Below are positions 29,668 through 40,461 of a DNA stretch of 64,000 nucleotides, piece by piece. The DNA lies in contig JBEPZY010000007.1 of NCBI GenBank assembly GCA_041640595.1, positions 85,611-149,610 on the forward strand, read 5' to 3'. Source of the DNA: Gemmatales bacterium (GTDB taxonomy: Bacteria; Planctomycetota; Planctomycetia; Gemmatales; HRBIN36). The first letter of the stretch is position 1. The number at the start of each line of letters is the position of its first letter. The notes below the pieces were generated by a model. The model saw only the letters and a list, made by a program, of their open reading frames with translations, made no database searches and was not told where the DNA came from. The position numbers and the translations under genes were made by a program.

Positions 29668-29988
29668 AGCCGACCCGCTCTCTGAGCGAAAGTGCAGAAC
29701 CTTTTTCTAGCAAGCCTGTGTATGGCTGCAAGAGGGCTTTGCCGATTCGCTTGCCCCGCCTAAGTTCGCCCTTGCAAACTGTCCAAGAGACGTTATAGTT
29801 TGCGACAATTGAGGCGGTCCGGATCGCCGTCGGTCGCAACGATGGGAAAAAAACCCAATCAGGACTGCAACAGGATTAGAAATGCCGACCTGGATGGATA
29901 CCATTTCCCAATCCGACTACCTGCAAGGCCTCTGCTGTTCGCCGTGCCCGAAAGCCAGAGCACATTGCCTGCAATTGAGGCCAGGCCA

Positions 29989-30798
29989 ATGAGTGCGAAA
30001 TCCCTTTTTATTCATCCGACAGCCATCATTTCCGCAGAAGCGGAACTGGAGCCGGAAGTTCGCATCGGCCCATACACCATTATCGAGGGGCCGGTGCGTC
30101 TGGGTCGGGGTACCGTGGTCGGTCCCCACTGCCACATTATCGGCCCGTGCACCATCGGCAAAAACAACATGATTGCCAGCAATGTCGTCATCGGCGGGCG
30201 ACCACAAGACCAGAAGTATCGCGGCGAATCTACCGGCGTGGAAATTGGTGACGATAACATTATCCGCGAAAACGTGACCATTCACCGCGGCACTGCTCAG
30301 GCGCGGTTGACGCGCATCGGTCATCGCAATTTTCTCATGGTCGGTTGCCACGTTGCCCACGACTGCCAGGTGGGCAACGATTGTGTCCTGGCCAACAATG
30401 CCTTACTGGCTGGGCACTGCGTCGTGGAAGACTTCGCCTATATCTCCGGTAACTCCGCAGTCCATCAACATTGTCGCCTGGGGCGGCTGAGTTTGATTTC
30501 GGGTTGTTCCGCGGTATCGAAGGATGTCCCGCCTTTTATCATCCAGCAGGGACACAATCAGGTGCGCGGTATTAACGTCGTGGGAATGCGCCGCGCTGGT
30601 TTCCGCTCGGAACAAATTGATGCCATCCGCCGACTCTATCATATCGTATATCTGCAAAATCTAAGCGTACCAACAGCCCTGGCGCGAGTGGAAACCGAAT
30701 TAGGACATATAGATGTTGTCCGGGAATTCATCCGCTTTGTTCGCGCTTCACGGCGTGGCATCTGCGGGACACGAGGCGGTTTGGCCGACGCCGCTTGA
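29989..30798 (+). CDS. lpxA: Acyl-ACP--UDP-N-acetylglucosamine O-acyltransferase
   Basis: IHPTAII, hexapeptide repeats, PQD, IRENVTIHRGT, HVAHDC, KDVPPF and GINVVGMRR. Confidence 0.95.
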   Translation: MSAKSLFIHPTAIISAEAELEPEVRIGPYTIIEGPVRLGRGTVVGPHCHIIGPCTIGKNNMIASNVVIGGRPQDQKYRGESTGVEIGDDNIIRENVTIHRGTAQARLTRIGHRNFLMVGCHVAHDCQVGNDCVLANNALLAGHCVVEDFAYISGNSAVHQHCRLGRLSLISGCSAVSKDVPPFIIQQGHNQVRGINVVGMRRAGFRSEQIDAIRRLYHIVYLQNLSVPTALARVETELGHIDVVREFIRFVRASRRGICGTRGGLADAA

Positions 30799-31504
30799 GG
30801 TTCCCTTTGTTAGCCGAGCACCTCACAACAACCTGGCCGCTCAATTCTCCGTTATCATCCCCACCTGGAATGAAGCGGGCTATCTCCCCCGGGCCATTGC
30901 GTCTGCTCGACGTAACAGAGCTGGTGAAATCCTGGTGGTTGACGGCGGCAGTACCGATGCTACCGTGGAAATTGCCAGGGAGTTGGCCGATCGCGTCTTT
31001 GTAACGGTGCGGGGGCGTGCTTCGCAGATGAATTGCGGTGCCAGGCATGCCCGGGGCGAATTTCTTTGCTTTCTCCACGCCGACTGTTGTCTCGGCCCCA
31101 ATGCCTTGATGGAAAGTGCTCGGCTATTAGAGCGTTCCGAAATAGCAGGTGGCTGCTTTCGCCAGCGACACGATATTTCTTCGTGGCAGTATCGCTGGCT
31201 TGACGCCGCTGCCAGCGCACGCCTTCGGCTATTGGGTCTGGCTTATGGTGACCAGGGGTTCTTTGTGCGACGCGATGTTTTCCTGCAACTCGGAGGTTTT
31301 CCCGACGTTCCTATCTTTGAGGATGCGTTACTATGGCAAAAGCTAAGCCGTCATGGCAAACTGGCGTTGGCCCGTTCGACCATCCTGGTCTCGGCACGAC
31401 GCTGGCAGCAGAACGGCTTCTGGCACCAACTTTGCCGCAACGGTTTTCTGGCTTGTGCATTCCTCCTGGGAGTACCTCCACACGCACTGGCCGGCTATTA
31501 TTAG
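30713..31504 (+). CDS. GT2 glycosyltransferase, TIGR04283-like (start uncertain)
   Basis: SVIIPTWNEA, VDGGSTD, GRASQMNCGA, FLHAD, YGDQG and SARRW motifs. Confidence 0.88.
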   Translation: MLSGNSSALFALHGVASAGHEAVWPTPLEVPFVSRAPHNNLAAQFSVIIPTWNEAGYLPRAIASARRNRAGEILVVDGGSTDATVEIARELADRVFVTVRGRASQMNCGARHARGEFLCFLHADCCLGPNALMESARLLERSEIAGGCFRQRHDISSWQYRWLDAAASARLRLLGLAYGDQGFFVRRDVFLQLGGFPDVPIFEDALLWQKLSRHGKLALARSTILVSARRWQQNGFWHQLCRNGFLACAFLLGVPPHALAGYY

Positions 31505-31604
31505 CAATAGCCACCCATAATTTCGCCCCATGGATATTGAGAATGCACGCCTCACAACAATAATAACGGTGAATTCAACTGACCATCCCGGCAGGAGACC
31601 TGAC

Positions 31605-33107
31605 ATGCCAACTGCGAAATCCACTGGTTTCCTGGTCGTGCTAGCGCTGTTTAGTTTGTGGCAAAGCGCACTATGTGCTGAGGCATCTAAGCCAACTCGA
31701 AGGCCTAACATTATCTGGATCACAGCGGAAAATATAAGTCTCGATTTAGGTTGTTACGGCGAGAAACTGGTGCACACGCCGAATTTAGATCGCCTGGCTG
31801 CGGAAGGCATGCGTTACACGCGGGTGTTTGCCACCTCTCCAGTTTGTGCTCCTAGCCGAAGCGCGTTTATGACCGGTATGTATCAAACAACGATAGACGT
31901 TCACCACATGCGCTGCCATCGCGATGATGATTATCGTCTTCCTCCGGGTGTGCGGCCACTAACACACCGTTTGGCCGAGGCTGGTTACTTTACCGCGAAT
32001 GTTAAGTATATAGGTAAACGGTTAGTGGGAACCGGAAAGCTCGACCTGAATTTCGTAAATGAAGGTCCTATCTTTCAATCCGACGATTGGTCGCTGCTTA
32101 AGAAACGGCAGCCGTTTTTCGTGCACATAAACACACCCGAAGTAGAATATGACATTTATGACCGTAAAACTCGTTTCAAGCAGCGGGTCGAATGGGTCGG
32201 TGAACGCGAACATCCTCAAATAGCGACTCCCGATAAAGTATCGCCACCCCCTTATTATCCGGACCATCCGATTGTTCGCGCCGAATGGGCCCGATATCTC
32301 AACTCTGTGTCCGGCCTTGACCGGCGGGTGGGCTGGATATTAGAAGCCCTCAAGGAAGACGGATTAGCAGATGACACCATAGTGGTCTTTTTCGCAGACA
32401 ATGGACGCTTAGAACCTCGCGGCATTCACTGGTGTTACGACTGTGGAATCCGTGTCCCCTTGATTATTCGTTGGCCAAAAAACTTCCCGGCTCCTCCGCA
32501 GTATAAGCCTGGAACAGTAAGCGATCAGGTGATAAGTTTGCTCGACCTGACCGCAACGACGTTATCTATGGCCGGCATTGAGAGGCCGCTGGGTATGCAT
32601 AGCCGTATTTTTCTCGGTAATCAGGCTGACCCCCCTCGTCAGTATGCCTTTAGCGCTCGGGATCGCATTGACGAAACCGTCAATCGCATTCGCTCCGTAC
32701 ACGACGGGCGATTTCATTACATACGCAACTTTATGCCAGAGCAATCTTTCACCGCGTTAAATCGTTATAAGGAAAAATGTTTTCCGATCATGGGAGTTAT
32801 GCGGCAATTGCATGCTCAGGGTCTGTTGTCAGGCCCGGCCTTGCGGCTAATGGCTGAACGGCTGCCGGAAGAGGAACTCTATGATACACTTGACGATCCC
32901 CATGAAATCCACAACTTAGCGGATTCCCCGCAACACCGGCCTGTTTTACTGCGGCTGCGAACGGCTTTAGAAGTCTGGATGGCCGAAACGAACGATCTTG
33001 GTCACCGACCTGAGCCGCCTCATATTATCCAGGCTATGGAACGCGAAATGCACGAATGGTTCGGCACCCCCGATTGGTACCGCCCCTCTAAGTCCCAGCC
33101 ACGGTAA
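31605..33107 (+). CDS. Formylglycine-type sulfatase
   Basis: Signal peptide, RPNIIWI, TPNLDRLA and CAPSRSAFMTG (CxPxR). Confidence 0.93.
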   Translation: MPTAKSTGFLVVLALFSLWQSALCAEASKPTRRPNIIWITAENISLDLGCYGEKLVHTPNLDRLAAEGMRYTRVFATSPVCAPSRSAFMTGMYQTTIDVHHMRCHRDDDYRLPPGVRPLTHRLAEAGYFTANVKYIGKRLVGTGKLDLNFVNEGPIFQSDDWSLLKKRQPFFVHINTPEVEYDIYDRKTRFKQRVEWVGEREHPQIATPDKVSPPPYYPDHPIVRAEWARYLNSVSGLDRRVGWILEALKEDGLADDTIVVFFADNGRLEPRGIHWCYDCGIRVPLIIRWPKNFPAPPQYKPGTVSDQVISLLDLTATTLSMAGIERPLGMHSRIFLGNQADPPRQYAFSARDRIDETVNRIRSVHDGRFHYIRNFMPEQSFTALNRYKEKCFPIMGVMRQLHAQGLLSGPALRLMAERLPEEELYDTLDDPHEIHNLADSPQHRPVLLRLRTALEVWMAETNDLGHRPEPPHIIQAMEREMHEWFGTPDWYRPSKSQPR

Positions 33108-33793
33108 ATCTGTCTCTCGGACTTGTAATACTGTATTTGCTGCCAGGGAGTCGCGGCATCCAATCAGTTGTCGCTGAGATTTAGTTAATCACTGTGCCTA
33201 ACGGATAGCCGTTGCTAGCTGCTGCTAAACTTTCCGTATCTCGAAATTTAGTCGAAGCTGGCCGAAGTCGTCATGCCATGGTTAGGCACAAAGGTCGCAA
33301 CCTGCATAGCCGCGATTGGCAAATCTTGTTTAGACAATTTTTGGCAGTTTTGCTGAAGGCTTCCTTTCAGCAAGTTGGCCTAATGGAAATTGAGAGAGAA
33401 TAATACACGGAACTAGTGCCGCGACGATCCAACACTTCTGGCAAACTTGGCATACGGGTTGTCGCTAAAGTCCAGAATATGTCGGTTTCGTTAGCCTTGC
33501 CAGGTAGAGCTTGTCGGAGATGACCACCTATACGGCAGCTCAGAGCCGCGCGGTACAGGTGGGAAAGGTGTCTGTATTCCTAAGGTGCCTCTATTCCTCG
33601 AACGTGTCTATTCCGCAACTGTGTCCCTTTCTGTGGAACTCGTTTCAATAGTTTCGAGTAGTGGCGGAAGATGGTCTGTGCTGCTAACTTGAGATGACGA
33701 AGGCTCAGTCTAGAGCGTGTTCGCCGGACGGTTAAACGCAGGTAGCAGCGTGAGCATAGGACCGGGCGTAACAAGGAGCCATCGGGGCAGATG

Positions 33794-36700
33794 TCATTTA
33801 GGCGGCTCGCTTTCGAGGAAAGCGAGGAGATCGGCAATCTCTTCGACGGTGAAATTATCGAGGAGGCGGTCGGGCATCGGGGAAACGGTGGAGGCCACGA
33901 TTTGCTCGATTTCCTCTTTGCGGAGTGTCACACGAGTGCCATCCTGTTGCAGCACGGTAACGGTGTCGCCTTGCGGAGCAGCCAGACCAGTGAAAGTCTG
34001 GCCGTTCTTGGTCAGGATGACGCTGCCACGATACTGGTCGCTGATGACTTTCGAGGGAAAGAGGATGGCTTCGAGGGTATCACGGCGAGTGAATCGGCCT
34101 TTGAGAGTGCTGAGGTCCGGGCCGATGCCTTCACCATAGTTGCCGAAACGGTGACACTTGACACAATTGGCTTTTTCAAAGATAGCCCGACCACGTTTCG
34201 GGTCGAGTTTATCCCGCGGGATTTTGTCGAGCAGTGCCAGCAACTCGTCGAGTTTCCATTTGCTCTCGCCGGTTAGAGCGGTAACGTTGGGCAGAGGCGG
34301 TTCTTTAGGGAACGTTTGGGAGAACCAACGTGCCCAGGCGTCAAGTTCGGTTTTCCAATCGCCATCTTCGATAGTGAATTGGCGTCCCGTCCAGCGACGG
34401 AGAACGAGAACGGCCTGCCAGCGGTCTTTGGGATCAAGTCGGCTGGCGGCAAGCAAGACGGCGCGGAAAGGTGCGGCATGTTCGCTGCGAGGTTCCTGAG
34501 GAAGCGGCGGCTTGTAATCGCATTTTTGCAGCGCGACGAGAATTTCCCGCACCACATTCGGAGTCGGGGAATCCAAGCCGCGGAGGAGGTAAGGCACATT
34601 TTCCGGCGAAGGCCTTTGTGCCAGGGCGCGAGCGACAGCGAAACGTTGTGCAGGATCGAGGTCGGCAATTTGTCGCAAAGCCGCCTGCGCTTCCGGCGAA
34701 AGCGAGCGACTCAGAGCCGAAACGATGGTTGGTTTCAGTTCGCTCGACTTTGGCAGTTGCTGGGAAGCATGCAGTCGGCGGTAAAGTGAGGCCAATTCCG
34801 AGGGTGAAGGCAATTCTTCCGGGCGAAGCTGGCGCAACACCACCTCGGCAGGTAGCCAGAACTGATCGGCTCGCAAAAGGATTTGTTTTCTGTCTTCCAG
34901 CGAAAATGCCGGCAGCAGGTCCTGGAAGATATTGGCCAGGTACGGTGTGAAACTGTGGCCGCCGGTCCAGTTGTGCGTGTTCTGATACCAGCGGAGGATG
35001 GTTTCCTTTTGTTCCGGAGTCCAGCCCTGGTGAAGCAATCGCAGGCAGTAGTAATAGTGGATTTGCTGTGGGCGATCCGTCTCCGGTCGGGTCATCTCGG
35101 CGAGCAGCTTGGACTGCACCGGTTCCTTCAAGAGGTCTTCGCGTGCCGCCCAGACCAGCAGAATGGCCAATTCTCGGTTAACGAACGGGTCGCGGTGTGG
35201 GAAGTGCTGCCAGCATATCCTGGCGATCTGCTTTACGGAATCCGGTCGGTTGGTGCTGTACAGAGCCGCCAGTTGCGTCGCGCGGAGAACGCCGAGTAAC
35301 CGGGTGGAATCATCCCAGGTGCTTTCGGTCTGCAGTTGCCTGGCCAGCCAGTCGAAAATTGTCGGGGCGCGCGAGTCGAGTTGATTGGTCTTGACCAGCG
35401 CAGCAATTCCTTCCAGCACAGCTAAGGGCGGTTGACGGAACAATTCGGACCACCATTGTTGCACAGGCAGGCGTTGCAAAACCAGCCGGGCAGCAGTGCG
35501 TACAAAGCGATCGGATTCATTGAGCAGGGGCCAGAGTTCGGAAATTTCGGGTAACAAGCCGCTGCGAAGGCAGTTTTCGCAGGCCAGTCGGCGAACATGT
35601 GGGTCGGGATCACGCAGTCCACGGCACAAAATGGGCTTCCATTGCGGGTCGGCACCGCGTGGACCGGAAGGATCGTCGGCAAGCGCGCCGATCAAGTTCA
35701 TCGCCAAACCGCGTATCTCGGCAGAGCGAGCGGTGAACAGTCGGCCCAGCGTTGCCGCATCCGGTCGCCAACCGTGCTGCCAGAGCACCCAGGCGATCTT
35801 GACGCGCTTTTGTTCCGGCTGCTGTTCGTCGCACAGCTGTGCCAGCCATAGCTCACGCAGGGACTTGCCCAGCGTCGGATTTGCCAGCGCATCGGCAATC
35901 GCCTTGCGGCCAAAAGCGGAGTAGGGTTGTTGCGAGAGCAATCGCTCAGCCTGGTTAGCTACGTCGTTGGCCCCAGAGCCGATCGCCTGGCGAGATTCGG
36001 ATTCCGACATCGCCACGATTCGGTAAACGCCTCCTTGCGTGCCGCGACCACCGAGGGTGAAATACAGTGCACCGTCCGGACCAACGGCAATGTCGGTCAC
36101 ATTCATGGGAGCGCCCGTGCAGAATCGCTCCACCGTACCTCGGCAGGCAGCTCCGTTTTTCTCCAGGTGCACCGCGTAGATGATACCGAGCGACCAATCG
36201 GAGATGAACAACGTCCGGTATTTTTCTGGGAAATTGCTGTGGTCGTACCATTCGACTCCTACGGGGGAACCGCGACCGACGTTAATGATGGCCGGCAAGG
36301 TGTCGTAGTAGTACGGCGGCAGCTTGGAAGAGCCAGTACGCCAGCCGAACTCGGCTCCCGGTATCACCTGGCAAACGCGTACCGGGCGATACCACGGGAG
36401 TCCTTCGTCCCATTCCATATCGCTATCGAAGGTAAACATCTCTCCATTGGGAGCGAAGGCAATGTCGTACTGATTGCGAAAGCCCGCTGCCATTAGAGCG
36501 AAACGTTTGCCGCTACTGTCCAGCCGCCAGATAGTGCCTCCGGGTGCGCGAATGTTGGCAGCGTGGCCACGAGCATCGTTTTGCCTGGGCAAGAGCACAT
36601 CTTCCGTGTGTCCGGGTTGAAACTGCTGCGGGGTCTGTCGGCCAGTAGGCCAGCGTAGCAAAGGTGAATTGGGAGCGATTTTGTCTGGATTGGGCCAGCG

Positions 36701-37939
36701 TTTGGCTACGTCCGGACCGATTTGGCACCAGGCATGGTTGCCGACTACGAGATACATGTAGTTGTCGGGGCCCTGCAAGATAGCATGGGGCCCGTGTTCG
36801 CCCATACCGCCTTCAAAACGATGCACCAGCTCCACCCTGGTGATACGATCCTGTCCGGCAGTATCGCGGCAGCGGTACAATCCAGTACCGTCCGGCCCAT
36901 CGCCGACCAGCCACAAGGCGCCATCGGCCCAGCACATGCCCTGACAGTTGCGCACCTGGTCGCAGTACACACGGATGCGCGAAATCGGGCGCTCGTTTGC
37001 CGAGGTGTTGCCGATACCGCCGGCCAGGCTCTTCGGCGGGCCGTTGTCGTTACTGGTACACAACAAGATCGGGCCGCGTTCCTGAGAAACCAGCAGTCGG
37101 CCACGGTCATCGAAGCACAAATTAATCAGCGAGAACGGCAGTTTGGGATCCAGGCCAACGGTTTCGATGCCGGAGACCTGTGGTTGTGGCGGCACAATCT
37201 CTTCCACGCGAAAACCCTCAGGCACCTGGAAGCGTTCATTGGCTCCCCACGCGACCTGCCGCCAGGGATCCGTTTTTCCATACGCGCCGAGCACCTTCAC
37301 CCGCGACCACCGGGAATCGTCATAATCGAGATTTTGCCAGCCTGATGTCACAGTCGCGGCGGACTTCCACTCCCCGTCGCTGTATAGAACCAGCCGGGTT
37401 TGACCATTCGGCGTGTAGGAGAGACGGACGAGCAAACCAGCTGGCCCGTCCTCGTTGCGTGCTTCCACAGCCAGGACGTTGCGACCATGCACCAGATAGG
37501 GCTTGACGTCAAAATGATAAACCTGCGACCAGTTGGAGCCGCTGCCGATCCGTTTGCCGTTGATCCAGACCGTAAACGCATTATCCGCCGTAATATCCAG
37601 CGTAGCCTCGTCCACGACGATTTGCGTAGGGCGGTTGATCTCCCAAACCCGGCGGAAATAACGTGTGCCAACGGGTGCTTCGCGGGCAGGCTCGCCTTCA
37701 TCGTGCCAGATCCAAAAAGCAGCGCCACTAGGAGAAGTAACCGGTCGCGGAGTCGGTTTGGGTTTGGGCTTGGCTTTCTCCGTTTGAGCCAGCGCGTACC
37801 AACCGATCCCCACTACCAAGAGAGCCAGCACCCAGCGTGGCCAGTGGCCTGGCACACGGGTGGTGCTGCCAGGAGAATGCACTTTTGTCGGCACAGGGTT
37901 CGGCGGTGAAATGGCGAGTTCTCGGTAGTCAGTTAGCAT
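33794..37939 (-). CDS. PVC-type heme c-binding dehydrogenase-like protein (sugar-binding N-domain, glucose/sorbosone-type propeller, HEAT repeats, cytochrome c); start uncertain
   Basis: ITADNAFTVWING, EHGPHA, GFRNQYD, FDSDMEWD, CVKCH...IGPDL and SPMP motifs. Confidence 0.88.
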   Translation of the reverse strand: MLTDYRELAISPPNPVPTKVHSPGSTTRVPGHWPRWVLALLVVGIGWYALAQTEKAKPKPKPTPRPVTSPSGAAFWIWHDEGEPAREAPVGTRYFRRVWEINRPTQIVVDEATLDITADNAFTVWINGKRIGSGSNWSQVYHFDVKPYLVHGRNVLAVEARNEDGPAGLLVRLSYTPNGQTRLVLYSDGEWKSAATVTSGWQNLDYDDSRWSRVKVLGAYGKTDPWRQVAWGANERFQVPEGFRVEEIVPPQPQVSGIETVGLDPKLPFSLINLCFDDRGRLLVSQERGPILLCTSNDNGPPKSLAGGIGNTSANERPISRIRVYCDQVRNCQGMCWADGALWLVGDGPDGTGLYRCRDTAGQDRITRVELVHRFEGGMGEHGPHAILQGPDNYMYLVVGNHAWCQIGPDVAKRWPNPDKIAPNSPLLRWPTGRQTPQQFQPGHTEDVLLPRQNDARGHAANIRAPGGTIWRLDSSGKRFALMAAGFRNQYDIAFAPNGEMFTFDSDMEWDEGLPWYRPVRVCQVIPGAEFGWRTGSSKLPPYYYDTLPAIINVGRGSPVGVEWYDHSNFPEKYRTLFISDWSLGIIYAVHLEKNGAACRGTVERFCTGAPMNVTDIAVGPDGALYFTLGGRGTQGGVYRIVAMSESESRQAIGSGANDVANQAERLLSQQPYSAFGRKAIADALANPTLGKSLRELWLAQLCDEQQPEQKRVKIAWVLWQHGWRPDAATLGRLFTARSAEIRGLAMNLIGALADDPSGPRGADPQWKPILCRGLRDPDPHVRRLACENCLRSGLLPEISELWPLLNESDRFVRTAARLVLQRLPVQQWWSELFRQPPLAVLEGIAALVKTNQLDSRAPTIFDWLARQLQTESTWDDSTRLLGVLRATQLAALYSTNRPDSVKQIARICWQHFPHRDPFVNRELAILLVWAAREDLLKEPVQSKLLAEMTRPETDRPQQIHYYYCLRLLHQGWTPEQKETILRWYQNTHNWTGGHSFTPYLANIFQDLLPAFSLEDRKQILLRADQFWLPAEVVLRQLRPEELPSPSELASLYRRLHASQQLPKSSELKPTIVSALSRSLSPEAQAALRQIADLDPAQRFAVARALAQRPSPENVPYLLRGLDSPTPNVVREILVALQKCDYKPPLPQEPRSEHAAPFRAVLLAASRLDPKDRWQAVLVLRRWTGRQFTIEDGDWKTELDAWARWFSQTFPKEPPLPNVTALTGESKWKLDELLALLDKIPRDKLDPKRGRAIFEKANCVKCHRFGNYGEGIGPDLSTLKGRFTRRDTLEAILFPSKVISDQYRGSVILTKNGQTFTGLAAPQGDTVTVLQQDGTRVTLRKEEIEQIVASTVSPMPDRLLDNFTVEEIADLLAFLESEPPK

Positions 37940-38118
37940 GTTGTCGCTCCGGCAAAGCATCGGTCGGAAAGGCCGCCTGGTCATGCGGTGCAGGATAATG
38001 CTAGGGAAGCAGGCATTACCAGCCAACTGAGCTTAAAAGAAACGCGGTGGGTCAGGACCCACCGCGCCAGAGTTTCGGAGACTCTCGTCTGCAAAAACGG
38101 TCAGCGTTCCAATGGACG

Positions 38119-38769
38119 TTATGGCAGGACTTTGATCTCGATGTTGCGGAAGTGGATTTCTGCCCCTTCCGACTGCCAGCCGATCGGGCCTTCACGAAGT
38201 TCGCTCTCGCCTTCGCTGACGGGGATACCATTGACTTTGGAGCTGAGATGGCCGTCTTTGCTCGTAATCTCAGTGGTGTTCCATTCGCCGACCGGTTTAA
38301 TCGCTTTTTTCTGAGCGGCCGCATCTTTCTTGAATTTGCCTTTAGCGCCGCCGATGGCGAAGATGTTGCCGTGATCGCGATTCATGCCCTGCACCTCGAC
38401 GCAGCGGGGCCAGACACGGTGTGGCAGCTGAATGTGCACAAGACAGCCGCTGTTACCGGGGAATTTCTCATCCTCGCCGGGCTTAAGATCGGCTGGCCGC
38501 TTGTAACGCCAGTCAAACCGCAGCACATAATTGCGATAGCTTTTCTCCGTATAGAAGTAGCCATTCGGTTTGCCCGGCACGATGATCACACCGTCTTCGA
38601 CGCGGATCACCTCGTTGAGTTGCGGCGGTTCAAAGCCAAAGCCGGTCATGTCTTTGCCATTGAAGAGTTTGACGAACCCTTCTTCGGCGGTTGGTGCGTT
38701 CGAGACCAGGCTCAGAGTCAGTATGCTGGCCAGGCCCACCACAGCCAGTAAGCTTCGGCGAATCAGCAT
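38119..38769 (-). CDS. DUF1080 (3-keto-disaccharide hydrolase family) protein
   Basis: LFNGKD, GNSG, EVQ, GEWN and QSEGAEIHFRNI motifs. Confidence 0.9.
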   Translation of the reverse strand: MLIRRSLLAVVGLASILTLSLVSNAPTAEEGFVKLFNGKDMTGFGFEPPQLNEVIRVEDGVIIVPGKPNGYFYTEKSYRNYVLRFDWRYKRPADLKPGEDEKFPGNSGCLVHIQLPHRVWPRCVEVQGMNRDHGNIFAIGGAKGKFKKDAAAQKKAIKPVGEWNTTEITSKDGHLSSKVNGIPVSEGESELREGPIGWQSEGAEIHFRNIEIKVLP

Positions 38770-39090
38770 CGTTGCACCTCCTTCATTTCCTTTTGCGACC
38801 GCCACCATGGCTGGTCGCGCGTTGCTCGCATTGTAGTTATCCGCGAACATCCAGCAAGCCGCCGGCACTTCCCTTCAAGTTTTCCCGCAGGTGTTTCGGC
38901 CGAAATTTTCAAAGCCGGACGTGTGTGGAACAACCCGCTGGTGGGAAGCCGCTTGTTAGGAACCCAGCGATGTGCCGTCTATTTTTGCAGACTGGTCAAC
39001 AACAAGGTCGCGGCCCAGGTGTGTGCGTTCTTGACTGGTGAAGCTCGGGGTACGTGGCATCAAGTAGCCACACAGAAGAGGAGGTAAACC

Positions 39091-39759
39091 ATGCTGCGAT
39101 GGCTGATGGTGAGCTGCTTGCTTTTGGGTCTCAGCGCCTACCTGTTTGCACAGGATAAGGAGCCGCCGAAAAAGGAGCCGCCGAAAAAAGAGCAGGCAAC
39201 TCCGAAGATTGATGAAACAGAGCTCAAGAAACTTCGCGACCTGATGGAGAAGGCGGGCAAGATCCTGGACGCTACTCGCGATCGCGACCCGCTGCGGTGG
39301 GATTTTAGGCGGGCGCTGGAACAGGCTCGGAAAAAGGACAACGGGAAGAAACCTGTCCCGGCCCCGCAACCGAATCCTCCTGAGAAAAAAGACCAACAGC
39401 CGGCTCAGCCTGGCGATGTCATAATCACCATCAACGGAAAACCAGTCCCGGCACGGATTCAAATAGTTCCAGCGAATCCTGTCCCTGCCCCGCAACCGAA
39501 TCCTCCTGAGAAAAAAGACCAACAGCCTGGAAAGAAGGACGGGAAGAAATCGGAGCCCATCCAACCGGCTCAGCCTGGCGATGTCATAATCACCATCAAC
39601 GGAAAACCAGTCCCGGCACGGATTCAAATAGTTCCAGTGAAACCTGTCCCGGCCCCGCAACCGAATCCTCCCGAAAAAAAGACCAACAGCCTGGAAAGAA
39701 GGATTGAAAAATCCGTCAGTTCAGGAGCCAAGCGGGTCGAATCACGTTTCGATCTGTGA
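39091..39759 (+). CDS. Secreted Pro/Lys-rich internally repeated protein; probable frameshift near the 3' end (likely true stop 39707)
   Basis: RBS gaggagg and a signal peptide; PVPAPQPNPPEKK x3 and QPGDVIITINGKPVPARIQIVP x2. Confidence 0.75.
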   Translation: MLRWLMVSCLLLGLSAYLFAQDKEPPKKEPPKKEQATPKIDETELKKLRDLMEKAGKILDATRDRDPLRWDFRRALEQARKKDNGKKPVPAPQPNPPEKKDQQPAQPGDVIITINGKPVPARIQIVPANPVPAPQPNPPEKKDQQPGKKDGKKSEPIQPAQPGDVIITINGKPVPARIQIVPVKPVPAPQPNPPEKKTNSLERRIEKSVSSGAKRVESRFDL

Positions 39760-39861
39760 TGAGGCCGGCGTACTCCCATTTCGCTCGCAATAGCCAACCG
39801 CCCTACTAGCAACCCTTGGCCATAATCAGCGCTCTGACGTGCGTCGCCGTTGCGCGGCGCA

Positions 39862-40230
39862 CTATTTGTTTGGATAAGGGCGGGACCAGAAGTTTTCGCC
39901 GTCCATGTTGAAAGGCGTGCGGACTTCGATCTGGCAATCGCCAAACACCCGGCACTGACAGGCCAGGCGAATTTCGTTCTCATGGCCGATCGTGGCCAGG
40001 CTCAACGCCAATCGAAACCGCTCACGCAGGGTCTTGGGACTGAGGTTCTCCATTCCCTGTTTAACCAGTACCCAGCAGGTGCCGCACATACCGAAGCCGC
40101 GACAGTTGAACCAGCGGTCGAGAAAGCCGCGATACACCTCGATGCCGTGTTTGAGCAATTCCTGGCGCAAATTGGCTCCTTGCGGCACCTCGATTTCCTT
40201 TTTCTCGTTGATGATTTTTATCTTGGGCAT
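39862..40230 (-). CDS. 2Fe-2S ferredoxin
   Basis: NCRGFGMCGTC...RLACQ; start taken at MPKIKII. Confidence 0.9.
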   Translation of the reverse strand: MPKIKIINEKKEIEVPQGANLRQELLKHGIEVYRGFLDRWFNCRGFGMCGTCWVLVKQGMENLSPKTLRERFRLALSLATIGHENEIRLACQCRVFGDCQIEVRTPFNMDGENFWSRPYPNK

Positions 40231-40461
40231 AGGCGAGCACTCCGGCGCTGATTGGAAGCTAACAAAATCCTGGATTATGTCGGGCAGATTGTACAAACGA
40301 CGGCGAAGTTTGTCCGCCAATACCCTGAGGCGAGCCGACAAACCTGGCAACTCAGATTTACCACAGATGGGGCAGGGCAAGCCGTAGGGTCGGGCAGGAC
40401 AATGTTCGCTAAGCCCAAAGCGGCCGCCATCGCTCACCGTCTTGCACAGCAAACTCAGCAT

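Noticed and set aside
33438..33503. c-di-GMP-I riboswitch-like segment (ctggcaa...ttgccag)
   Set aside because: The GAAA tetraloop and the GACGCAAA and UCUAA core motifs are missing, and no downstream gene lies on that strand.
38956..39660. Minus-strand repeat ORF of 234 aa
   Set aside because: It is antisense to the plus-strand gene, which has an RBS and a signal peptide.
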